From NCBI GenBank assembly GCA_038882655.1, contig JAVZNT010000012.1, positions 1-33,216 on the forward strand: 33,216 nt of DNA. The letters are read 5' to 3'. The notes under the pieces were generated by a model. That model did not search any database. It saw only the letters and a program-made list of their open reading frames with translations, and had not been told where the DNA came from. The stretch is from Candidatus Bathyarchaeia archaeon. GTDB taxonomy: Archaea; Thermoproteota; Bathyarchaeia; Bathyarchaeales; Bathycorpusculaceae. The translations under genes were made by a program, and so were the position numbers. Below, in pieces: positions 8,819 through 17,041 of this stretch. The number at the start of each line of letters is the position of its first letter. Positions within the stretch are counted from its first letter, which is position 1.

Positions 8819-10495
8819 ATGGTTAAACGAATTCGTGTTTTCCCTTTTCTGTTTTTAATCATAGCTTTGCTTATGCTACAGTATAACGGCAGACATGCTT
8901 TTGGTTTTCAAGGTTCTTTAAACTCCATTGAAGGTCAAATAGTCGGGCTTGTTAATGGCACACGTGCTTATGGTTACGACTTAGCGTTGGAGGAGTTTTC
9001 CTTGGCTTATCCAGATTTCCGCTCGTCTGGTTCCAGTGGCGCTTATGAGGCGGCGGTTTGGATTAAAGAACAATTTGAAAGTTTTGGTTTAAACGCTTGG
9101 CTTGAGCCCTTCACCTTTGTAAACTGGACTTTGGACAATAAACCCTTGCTGGTCATAGACGAAGACGGGAACAACATGACATCACAAGATCAAACAGTCA
9201 TTAACTCATTTCAATCTGAACATTATAGCTGGCCTCTATCGCTTGGAGCTTTTAAAGACCTTGTAGTTCTCCCCTTGCCGCCGGCGGCAAACTACGAAGA
9301 AGTACGTTCAAACAGTACAGATCCTACAGTGTTGTGGAATCTCATAAACACGACCGATAAAATCGTTTTGATCGGTAAAGAGGTTCGTTGGAACTCTTTG
9401 TGGGAACAGAAGTTTATTGGAAAAATTTCAGTTCAGCGTCCCGCATCTGTTATCTTTACATGGTGGTATAATTGGATGAACTTCACTCCGCCAATGCATT
9501 CCTCGGCTGGAGGCTTACCGTTAAGCCTACGTGGCGCATACTTCTGGGATCTCCAAATCCCTGTTGGCTTTGTGGCTTATGCTGATGGCTTGATGATTAG
9601 GCAGAAAGAAGAGGCTGACCCACGCGTATCTGCCTACGTAGAGATTAAGGCGCGCATAGGCCAAAACGGCACCCACTACAATGTTGTTGGAAAAATTGAA
9701 GGCGTAAGCGCCTCTCAAAAAATTGTCATAGTTTCGGCTCACTACGACACTGTCATGTGCTGTGGTTTTTGTGATAACGGTGCTGGAGTGGCTGGCTTAA
9801 TCGAGCTCGCCAAAGTCATAAGCCAAGCCATGCAAGAAGGACTTTACCAGCCAGCCTACACAATCTTGTTTGTAGCTTTCGCCGGCGAGGAGCTTTACCT
9901 TGTTGGTTCAGCACACTTCGTTAAGGAGCATAAAAGTGAAATGGCAAACATCGAGGCTGTGATAAACCTTGACTGTATTGGAAGCGACAATTTATATGTC
10001 ACAGAAACTCCGAACAGTCAACTGGCACAGAAAATAATTGAAGCAGCCCAAGACTTGGGAGTAACGATTGCTACAGAAGATCCGGGCGGTTCGGATCAAG
10101 AGTCATTTCGCATCCCTGCGGATGTTAACTCCGCGATTCAATGGTTCTGGCGCAAAGATGTGGGCATTTCAGACGCGTCCTCTGTAACGTCAAGTGTTAT
10201 GCTTTGTTCCTATCCGCTTTTCTATAGCGATTTATGGGATAGGGGCACTCCTGGATGGATTCACACATCATATGACAATTCGACTTCGACGGAAACCCTA
10301 AATTGGGTGGAGTCAGACGAGCTTGAAAACCATATAAAAGTAGCTCTTCTTACTTTGATTCGCGTTTCACCTAACCTAATTCCAGAGCTCCAACCCTCCG
10401 AAATAATAGTCGTTTTAATGGTTGGCGCTGTCAGCGTTTGCCTAACCCGCAAGAAAATTATAAAGGCAATACGCAAAAGAGAATCTAGCGTTTAA
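8819..10495 (+). CDS. Secreted M28-family metallopeptidase with a C-terminal membrane anchor (PEF-CTERM-like)
   Basis: N-terminal signal peptide, and zinc-ligand motifs SAHYD, DNGAG, AGEE, NLDCIG, SDQ and HT.YD. The C-terminus is IPEL + hydrophobic helix + basic tail (RKKIIKAIRKR). Confidence 0.85.
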   Translation: MVKRIRVFPFLFLIIALLMLQYNGRHAFGFQGSLNSIEGQIVGLVNGTRAYGYDLALEEFSLAYPDFRSSGSSGAYEAAVWIKEQFESFGLNAWLEPFTFVNWTLDNKPLLVIDEDGNNMTSQDQTVINSFQSEHYSWPLSLGAFKDLVVLPLPPAANYEEVRSNSTDPTVLWNLINTTDKIVLIGKEVRWNSLWEQKFIGKISVQRPASVIFTWWYNWMNFTPPMHSSAGGLPLSLRGAYFWDLQIPVGFVAYADGLMIRQKEEADPRVSAYVEIKARIGQNGTHYNVVGKIEGVSASQKIVIVSAHYDTVMCCGFCDNGAGVAGLIELAKVISQAMQEGLYQPAYTILFVAFAGEELYLVGSAHFVKEHKSEMANIEAVINLDCIGSDNLYVTETPNSQLAQKIIEAAQDLGVTIATEDPGGSDQESFRIPADVNSAIQWFWRKDVGISDASSVTSSVMLCSYPLFYSDLWDRGTPGWIHTSYDNSTSTETLNWVESDELENHIKVALLTLIRVSPNLIPELQPSEIIVVLMVGAVSVCLTRKKIIKAIRKRESSV

Positions 10496-10519
10496 AGGCT
10501 TGAAAGGAAAAGACTGGAA

Positions 10520-11047
10520 ATGAGTGAAAGCACGCGTCGGCATAAGGCTGAAGCTCCCAAAAAGCTTGATTTTGGAATTTTTGTTGTTAGCACGTCCCGC
10601 TACAACCAGCTAAAGAGAGGCGAAAAAATTAGCGATGAGTCAGGCGACTTAATTGAAGGACTTGTTAAGCGTGCTGGACACACAGTATCCTTTCGAAGGC
10701 TTATACCCGACGAGAAGGCTCTCATTGAAGATGGCGTGAAGTACGCCCTAAACTCAGACGTAGACGCCATTATTTTTTGCGGCGGAACTGGTGTAGCTCC
10801 TTCCGACATAACCATTGAAACAGTTTCACCGTTCTTTGAGAAAATCTTGCCCGGTTTTGGCGAAATTTTCAGATTTTTAAGTTATAATGAGGTTGGTTCC
10901 GCCGCGGTCTTGTCAAGAGCTGCTGCTGGAGTTGCGAAAGGTAAAGTTTTCTTTTGCATTCCAGGTTCCATGGACGCTGCTAGGCTTTGCCTTGAAAAGC
11001 TTATATTGCCGGAAGCTGCACACATCGTTAAGCACGCGCGGGAATAA
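10520..11047 (+). CDS. moaB: Molybdenum cofactor biosynthesis protein MoaB/Mog
   Basis: Motifs VSTSR, DESG, IPDE, GGTG..PSDIT.E, LPGFGEIFR..S, LSRA.AG and IPGS. Confidence 0.93.
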   Translation: MSESTRRHKAEAPKKLDFGIFVVSTSRYNQLKRGEKISDESGDLIEGLVKRAGHTVSFRRLIPDEKALIEDGVKYALNSDVDAIIFCGGTGVAPSDITIETVSPFFEKILPGFGEIFRFLSYNEVGSAAVLSRAAAGVAKGKVFFCIPGSMDAARLCLEKLILPEAAHIVKHARE

Positions 11048-11049
11048 CG

Positions 11050-11976
11050 ATGGTGCTGGTTGACAACTACGGACGCCCACTCTTAAACCTACGGATAGCC
11101 CTCACAAAACCATGCAATTTACACTGCAGTTTCTGCCACGCTGAAGGCGAAGACAAAACAGCCGAAAGCACAACAGAAATGGCAACTGAAGAAATTGTGC
11201 GTATCTCAAAGATAGCCGTTAGCCTGGGCATTTCAAGGATTAAACTTACAGGTGGGGAACCGTTGCTCCGCAAGGACATAATACAAATAGTTAAGGACTT
11301 AGCATCCATACCTGGCTTGGAAGAACTTTCAATGACAACCAATGGAACACTTCTCGCACCCCTAGCAAAAGAGCTTAAGGCGAACGGCTTAAGGCGCGTA
11401 AACATAAACTTGCCAACAATTGACGGCGAAACATACTGCAAACTGACTGGCGGCAAGTTGGAAAACGTTTTAGGTGGTGTTAGGGCAGCTGTTGAAGCTG
11501 GACTTAACCCAGTAAAGCTAAACATGCTTGTATTAAGGGGAGTTAACGATTCTCAAGTGCCAGAAATGATTAATTTTGCAAGCGAAGCCGGCGCAGTTCT
11601 ACAACTCATCGAGCTTGAACCCGTAAATATAAGCAATAAATACTACGCCGCCTATCATAAGCCCTTGGATGAGTATGAGGAGATGCTAAAGCAGAAAGCC
11701 GTAAAAATCGAAGCCAGAAAGTACATGCAAAACCGCCACATATACCACTTGCCAAACGTAAAAGTTGAAGTTGTCCACCCAATTGAGAACACAGATTTCT
11801 GTTGGCACTGCACACGCCTACGCCTAACAAGCGACGGAAAACTCAAACCATGCTTAATGAGAAACGACAACACGGTAGACATCCTAACGCCCATACGAAA
11901 AGGAGCAAAAGACGAAGAACTCGTGGGACTCTTTAAACTGGCTAATAGTAAAAGGCAACCACGCAACTCCAGCTAA
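11050..11976 (+). CDS. moaA: GTP 3',8-cyclase MoaA (radical SAM)
   Basis: L.DNYGRP, CNLHCSFCH (CxxxCxxC), TGGEPLLR, MTTNG, VKLNM, and the C-terminal FCWHCTRLRLTSDGKLKPCL cluster motif. Confidence 0.96.
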   Translation: MVLVDNYGRPLLNLRIALTKPCNLHCSFCHAEGEDKTAESTTEMATEEIVRISKIAVSLGISRIKLTGGEPLLRKDIIQIVKDLASIPGLEELSMTTNGTLLAPLAKELKANGLRRVNINLPTIDGETYCKLTGGKLENVLGGVRAAVEAGLNPVKLNMLVLRGVNDSQVPEMINFASEAGAVLQLIELEPVNISNKYYAAYHKPLDEYEEMLKQKAVKIEARKYMQNRHIYHLPNVKVEVVHPIENTDFCWHCTRLRLTSDGKLKPCLMRNDNTVDILTPIRKGAKDEELVGLFKLANSKRQPRNSS

Positions 11977-11995
11977 AACCGAAATTCACCAAACT

Positions 11996-12496
11996 TTAAA
12001 CCGAGTCTATTATCTTTGCCTCAATTTTTTCCGTGTCTAGCAGCGCGATGGTTGATTTTCCAGTTAAGTAGCCGCAAACCTCGCCTGGATTCACCACCAA
12101 CGTTTTGCCTTTCCTGTAAGTTTCAGCCTTATGGGAGTGCCCGTGGACAACCACGTCGAAGTTTCCGCTGTTAATTATAGCCCTTAAAAGTTCCTCTTCA
12201 TTTCCATGTAGTAGCGCGATTTTTGTTTTTCTTATGTGTATTTCTGCAAAGTTCCCTCTAATCTCCAGTCTCTCATTTTCGCCAAATCTCTTCTTTAAAA
12301 GTTCTCTGTCCCCATCATTGTTGCCGAAAACACCTATCAGCTTAGCCCTTAAATCCCTAAATTTTGGTATGACAAAAGGTGCAACGTAATCTCCAGCATG
12401 AAACACGAGCTCAACATGTTCTTCGTTTAACCTTTTTATGGCTTTTTCCACCATGGGCAAGTTGTCATGTGTATCAGCCATCATTCCAATCAGCAT
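11996..12496 (-). CDS. Metallophosphoesterase, YfcE/MJ0936 family
   Basis: Motifs ADTHDN, HAGD, GNND, LHG, HGHSH and NPGE. GGAGG SD upstream. Confidence 0.92.
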   Translation of the reverse strand: MLIGMMADTHDNLPMVEKAIKRLNEEHVELVFHAGDYVAPFVIPKFRDLRAKLIGVFGNNDGDRELLKKRFGENERLEIRGNFAEIHIRKTKIALLHGNEEELLRAIINSGNFDVVVHGHSHKAETYRKGKTLVVNPGEVCGYLTGKSTIALLDTEKIEAKIIDSV

Positions 12497-12677
12497 TTCT
12501 ATTTTGCCTCCTTAAAGGCAATGTTTTCTGTGTTGAGGATTAAAGTTTTTTCTTATAGAAGTTTGTTCTAGAGAATATTTCGATAATTGTAATAGTGGTT
12601 TGTGGGAAACACCGCTTAAAACATGCCGTCCGCCTTTTTTATTGTAGAAGGATTTGTGGAAGAGGAATATTGTGGAA

Positions 12678-13022
12678 ATGAATGTTTGGGGCGCTAACCC
12701 ATCCCAGAAGAGGAGAGACAAACTGTACATAATTGCTGAAATTTTAGACATAGCCAAAGATGGCGTATTAAAAACCCAGATTATGTATAGGGCTAACTTA
12801 AGCTTCACACAACTTAACGATTATTTAGAGTTCATGTTAAAAGTTAACCTTATTGACAGAATTGTTGAGAAGGATAAGGAGATTTATAAGGCAACGCCTA
12901 AGGGCTTAGATTTTCTCCAGCGCTACCGCGAGTTGACAGGGCTTCTCAGATCTGAAAATGAGAATGGCAAAAATAATGTTAGGGTTCCACCACCGCATTT
13001 GCTGAAAAGAAACCATATCTAA
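12678..13022 (+). CDS. Archaeal winged-helix transcription regulator (HTH_45-like)
   Basis: RRDKLYIIAEILD.A..G..KTQIMYRANLSF.QLNDYL..ML...LI.......Y..T.KG..FL is typical of small archaeal wHTH proteins. I chose ATG 12678; the ORF track opens at 12654. Confidence 0.85.
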   Translation: MNVWGANPSQKRRDKLYIIAEILDIAKDGVLKTQIMYRANLSFTQLNDYLEFMLKVNLIDRIVEKDKEIYKATPKGLDFLQRYRELTGLLRSENENGKNNVRVPPPHLLKRNHI

Positions 13023-13028
13023 AAGCGT

Positions 13029-13157
13029 CTAGGACTTTTCTTTCTGTTGTTGCTTTTCAATGTAGACCTTAACTTTTTCTCTTAATGCTGGGAACTCGTC
13101 TAACATCGCCTTTATTACTTGCCAGCGGATTTCGTCGTTTTCTCCTCTGCGACTCAT
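13029..13157 (-). CDS. Small hypothetical protein (42 aa)
   Basis: ATG at 13157 gives MSRRGENDEIRWQVIKAMLDEFPALREKVKVYIEKQQQKEKS. The sequence is helical and protein-like, and it fills the intergenic gap. Confidence 0.5.
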   Translation of the reverse strand: MSRRGENDEIRWQVIKAMLDEFPALREKVKVYIEKQQQKEKS

Positions 13158-13244
13158 ATGAATCCAAAATATTACGTAGCAATACACAATATAAACTTTT
13201 ACTCCCAAACCCAACATATCAACAAAAAAGAAAAAGAAAGGGTT

Positions 13245-14609
13245 TTATTTAACAGCCAAGATGTTGATGGGCTTCTTTCGAATCTTCACAGCAGCAACAA
13301 CCAAGACTATAACCGCGGTGGCGCCAAACAAAACCAGCAGAAGCTTCTGGTTTATAAGCTCATGAATTATCGGGGCTGATGTCAAGCCAATTGTTGGGTC
13401 ATGCTCTAAAGTGTAGTTGCCAAAGTACGGATAGCAGATAAAAAGCCTCAAATGACCACCAGCAGCAACATAAGAAGCAGTAACATTAACGAATTCAACA
13501 GTGCCTCCAGTTTCATTAAGCAGCCTAGCCCACGGAACAAACTCCAAAAAGCCCACAGGCACATCAGTCTTCCCTACAGCGTAGTGCAGCCTAATGCGTT
13601 CCCTGAACCTCTCTCTAAGCTCGAGCGTAGCTTGCACGGGCTTCTCATCTTGGTTTGTCTCATTTTTATCTACAGCATAGTATTCTCCGTTTATTGCTGT
13701 TTCCCGCATTCGAGAACAAGCCTCAACCTGATTTTGCGCTTGGTTCCGAACCTCTTCGCCAACATGTGGCAAATCTTCAAGTTTTATTGAAGCCATTTTA
13801 ATCCATAACGCTAAACCCGTCTTGTTTTCTGGTATTCTTGGGAAGTCATGCTCTTCCAGAAATTCGTTAATTTTGTCTATGTTCCACTTCCAATGCTTCA
13901 CCACAAAGTCAAATTTCAACTGCCCAGCGGCAACGGTGTAATTGTAATCACTATGAGTCTTGTCTGGGACTTCTGTAACTGTCTTGTTGTAGAATCTACA
14001 CCTTATCTCAATGTTGTTTTCCGCGAATTCCAATTTTGGATGTCCATATACCTCGGTTAATGTAAAGTTGAAAGACCAATAGTCTTTGTCTTCAACAAAC
14101 ACTGGTCCGCTTAATGTCCAGTTGCAAGCACTGAAAGGCAAATAAGACCTATGTAGATCAAGCAGAAGCCCTGCAAATTTATACGCTGCTTGTCTATACA
14201 TTGGGCTTCCAAACCCATACCTTGAGCGAATTTTTGGCTCAATATAACTATTCCATAGTGTTGCGTTTATGGTGGCGTTGTCTGCGTGGAACCTGCGCCT
14301 GTAGTAAGGCTGGTCAAGCCTTAGGTACTCGATGACGCCTTGGAACTTCACCACATATATGTTGCTGCTGTCATTCGTGTACCACCACAAGAACATGGGC
14401 TTTGTGCCCTCCGCTGGAAAGATCAGCGTTATCAAAGGCGTCTCAAACTTATACCATATAGTGTTCCATGGTCCCCTCTCAACCGGCAAGCTTTGAATAT
14501 TCTCCACAGAGTCATCCGCATTTACTCTTGGGCTTAAAACAGCAAGCGCTGGAGCAGCCAAAAGCAAAGCTAAACCAAAAGCCAATATTGTTTTTCTTCC
14601 GTTTTTCAT
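13245..14609 (-). CDS. Hypothetical secreted, C-terminally membrane-anchored surface (glyco)protein
   Basis: Signal peptide (MKNGRK + hydrophobic stretch), many N-x-S/T sequons (NDS, NAT, NWT, NFT, NKT, NYT, NET, NVT), and HDPTIG followed by a TM helix and basic tail. GGTGA SD upstream. Confidence 0.8.
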   Translation of the reverse strand: MKNGRKTILAFGLALLLAAPALAVLSPRVNADDSVENIQSLPVERGPWNTIWYKFETPLITLIFPAEGTKPMFLWWYTNDSSNIYVVKFQGVIEYLRLDQPYYRRRFHADNATINATLWNSYIEPKIRSRYGFGSPMYRQAAYKFAGLLLDLHRSYLPFSACNWTLSGPVFVEDKDYWSFNFTLTEVYGHPKLEFAENNIEIRCRFYNKTVTEVPDKTHSDYNYTVAAGQLKFDFVVKHWKWNIDKINEFLEEHDFPRIPENKTGLALWIKMASIKLEDLPHVGEEVRNQAQNQVEACSRMRETAINGEYYAVDKNETNQDEKPVQATLELRERFRERIRLHYAVGKTDVPVGFLEFVPWARLLNETGGTVEFVNVTASYVAAGGHLRLFICYPYFGNYTLEHDPTIGLTSAPIIHELINQKLLLVLFGATAVIVLVVAAVKIRKKPINILAVK

Positions 14610-14688
14610 ACTTTTTCACCAAAAAAGACTATGCAAAACCGCCTATTAAGAAAAACGCTTCTAAAAGACCCGAATTTTACGCATCGAG

Positions 14689-14751
14689 AGTTCTATAATT
14701 CTAGAACTTCATAGTTAGAATTTCTTTTCTTCAAGTTCTAAATTTAGAACT
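14689..14751. promoter_or_regulatory. Two AGTTCTA/TAGAACT inverted repeats (candidate operator pair)
   Basis: AGTTCTA-TAATTC-TAGAACT at 14689-14708 and the perfect 18-bp palindrome AGTTCTAAATTTAGAACT at 14734-14751, both in a divergent intergenic region. Confidence 0.6.
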
Positions 14752-14861
14752 ATCCATTCTATTCCTGTGAACGCTTGTCAAGAGTCTTAATAATAGGCCA
14801 GAAAATCGCAGAGCAATTATCCGAATGCTGCCACAATTAAAAATATATTAACAAAAAAATT

Positions 14862-14898
14862 TTATAGTGAAATTCTGATAATTACTTATAGTGAAATT
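14862..14898 (+). repeat. 13-bp direct repeat TTATAGTGAAATT x2
   Basis: Exact copies at 14862-14874 and 14886-14898 (24-bp period), ending 2 nt before the 14901 ORF. Confidence 0.75.
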
Positions 14899-14900
14899 AT

Positions 14901-15395
14901 TTGCTAAAAGATTTGTTAGAAGAATTCGTATATCTGCTCAGAGAAAACTTCGGCAAAGTTTCCATTTGCTTGAGTATTATTTTTTATATAGCTGGATTGC
15001 TTGATTTAACATGCCTTGGCTCTCCCTTTTTCGTATTATTTAGTTATACCGGTACAATTTTGCTGACTATCGGTTTTATGGTAACTTTTGAAATGTTTCC
15101 CGCAAAATTGAAGTCTTGGCGCGGTATTTCCATTGTTCTCTTATTTGCTTCGGCTCTGGTTTATACAACAGCTATGATTGTGTTAGTTTTGGATGTTAAG
15201 ATTATTGCCGCAATTTCTCGAGTTGTGCCCATCGGCGGTACCGCTTGGCAAGAAGGTCCATATCAAGACCCTCTAGGCGGTGTTCATTTACAGCTTAGTA
15301 GGCCTTACGCTTGGTTATTTTCTCCCCTTTTAGTTATGGGAACACTGTTTGCACTAGTTTCATTTATGATACTATACATCACAAGTGGCCAGTAA
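14901..15395 (+). CDS. Hypothetical membrane protein (about 4 TM helices)
   Basis: 164-aa ORF with four hydrophobic segments. TTG start. No recognisable family motif. Confidence 0.6.
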   Translation: MLKDLLEEFVYLLRENFGKVSICLSIIFYIAGLLDLTCLGSPFFVLFSYTGTILLTIGFMVTFEMFPAKLKSWRGISIVLLFASALVYTTAMIVLVLDVKIIAAISRVVPIGGTAWQEGPYQDPLGGVHLQLSRPYAWLFSPLLVMGTLFALVSFMILYITSGQ

Positions 15396-15529
15396 CGAAT
15401 CTATATAAACGCCACAAATTAATGACCCGCATTTTCATTGACAATAAACATCAACATCCCAAATGTCCAACTGTTAAGATTTCCATAGATGCCTTGAACC
15501 CCGTATATGGCTAAAAATGAGCGTATGAT

Positions 15530-16360
15530 TTACGTTAACTTTCCAAGCAAGAGCAGTGCGGCTATGTTTATATAAATGGCCGTTAGGCTTATCATTATTC
15601 CTTTGTCCAATCTCAAACCTTTGCCATGGCATACTGCCGCAGAAACAAGTAACAAGCTCCAAATTTGCAGAACTATCAACACTGCTTGCCTTATCAATTC
15701 AATTTCTATGTAGTACAGGTTAAACCCGCTGAAGACTTTTGGAACAGCCATGTAAAAGTATGGGAAAACCGCCAGCGGCAAGACTGCCAGCCCAATACAC
15801 GTGAAAAGTTGAAGTTCATTTCCCCCACGTTTAAAGAGCATGAAGGCTAAGGCTTCTATGAATAAGAATAGCCCTATCCAGTTGAAAATGAACAGTGCCA
15901 TAGTGCTTGGTGGGCTGCGAGTGGAATATTCAAAATAGAAGAATAGGGCTGGTTCAAGCCTTGCAGTGGCTGCTCCGTAAGCCCCTAAAAAGAGGATTAG
16001 CAGGGAGAAGGGCAGCAGTCTTAAAGGCTTTATTGTTTTGGCGAAGAGTGGTGAGAGGAAAAGCCATCTTGCCGCGCGGTTGCTTAGGGTTTCGCTTATT
16101 CCGAGGCTTGCTGGTATGCTTTCCTCCTTCAGAATTCTATAGAGCATTTTTCCTTTTTCGTTCAGCTTATACTTGCGCTGCTTGTCTTGTTCGAGAAAGT
16201 CTGAAAGCATGTCAAGATGGTAGTAGACGGTGCCGACGCCTAAGCCTAAAGCTTCACGGAGCTCCTTAAACCCAATCTTCTCCTGAGTGCCCAGAATCTC
16301 AATTATTTTTCGCCTCGCTGGGTCTTTTAGGAGGGCATAGTAACGCGATAGGTCTTCCAT
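15530..16360 (-). CDS. Membrane-tethered regulator: N-terminal ArsR-like wHTH plus a multi-TM domain
   Basis: LKDPARRKIIEILG....IGFKELREALGLGVGTVYYHLDML...Y.LNEKG, followed by about 5 hydrophobic helices. Confidence 0.82.
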   Translation of the reverse strand: MEDLSRYYALLKDPARRKIIEILGTQEKIGFKELREALGLGVGTVYYHLDMLSDFLEQDKQRKYKLNEKGKMLYRILKEESIPASLGISETLSNRAARWLFLSPLFAKTIKPLRLLPFSLLILFLGAYGAATARLEPALFFYFEYSTRSPPSTMALFIFNWIGLFLFIEALAFMLFKRGGNELQLFTCIGLAVLPLAVFPYFYMAVPKVFSGFNLYYIEIELIRQAVLIVLQIWSLLLVSAAVCHGKGLRLDKGIMISLTAIYINIAALLLLGKLT

Positions 16361-16543
16361 GACTTTTCCTCGGAATTAGAAACGTTAAGTGATAAGTATT
16401 TATGTCTTCTTAACCTTTGATACAATTTGGCGATATGCGTTTTGGACTATAGTTTTTCGACATATTTTCAGCTGGGGAATACATGCTTTATCTTGAAAAG
16501 GGGCTAAGTAGAGGCTGAGAAAGGAGAGGGCCGGGCAATTCTA

Positions 16544-17041
16544 ATGCAAAGAAGACGGGAACTTTGCGAGAAAGTCAGGTTGTGCAAGAAGGTTCGTTAT
16601 CCAGCCATCTCCGTAATCGTTCCAGTCTATAACGGAGAAAAGCGCATTCCAGAATTTTTAACAAGTCTTTTCAAAAGCGCGGCGGAATACTCAAACTTCT
16701 GCGAAATCATGGTTGTGGATGATGGAAGCAGCGACTATACATATGAAATTGCATGGGCAACAATCCGAAAATGGCGGAGGCGATTGCCCAACATTAAAGG
16801 CAGAGTTATTAAAAGCTTTTCTCCTCTGGGAAAGGTTGAAGCGGTGAGGATGGGGGTTGATGGGGCTTTTGGAGAACTGATAATTGTAGTTAACAGCAAC
16901 ATCTTGTTAAAGCCAAATGCCCTTAAAGAAATTGCGAAGGCGTATTATACAAGCGAATATGGACGGGAAATAGGGAAGGCTGTTAAGGTTTTTCCAAATC
17001 CATGGTTTTCACGAACAGCCACGCCCCTTAAGACTTTTTAA
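16544..17041 (+). CDS. Truncated or degenerate glycosyltransferase family 2 domain protein (possible pseudogene)
   Basis: Motifs ISVIVPVYNGE, VVDDGSSDYT and GK..A...G are present. The DxD position reads VVNSN, and the ORF is only 165 aa. Confidence 0.65.
   Translation: MQRRRELCEKVRLCKKVRYPAISVIVPVYNGEKRIPEFLTSLFKSAAEYSNFCEIMVVDDGSSDYTYEIAWATIRKWRRRLPNIKGRVIKSFSPLGKVEAVRMGVDGAFGELIIVVNSNILLKPNALKEIAKAYYTSEYGREIGKAVKVFPNPWFSRTATPLKTF

Noticed and set aside
15419-15529. Hydrophobic in-frame continuation (IIRSFLAIYGVQGIYGNLNSWTFGMLMFIVNENAGH) after the TAA of the wHTH-TM gene
   Set aside because: TAA is not a recoded stop, the protein already ends naturally after a TM helix, and a 36-codon open stretch is expected by chance.
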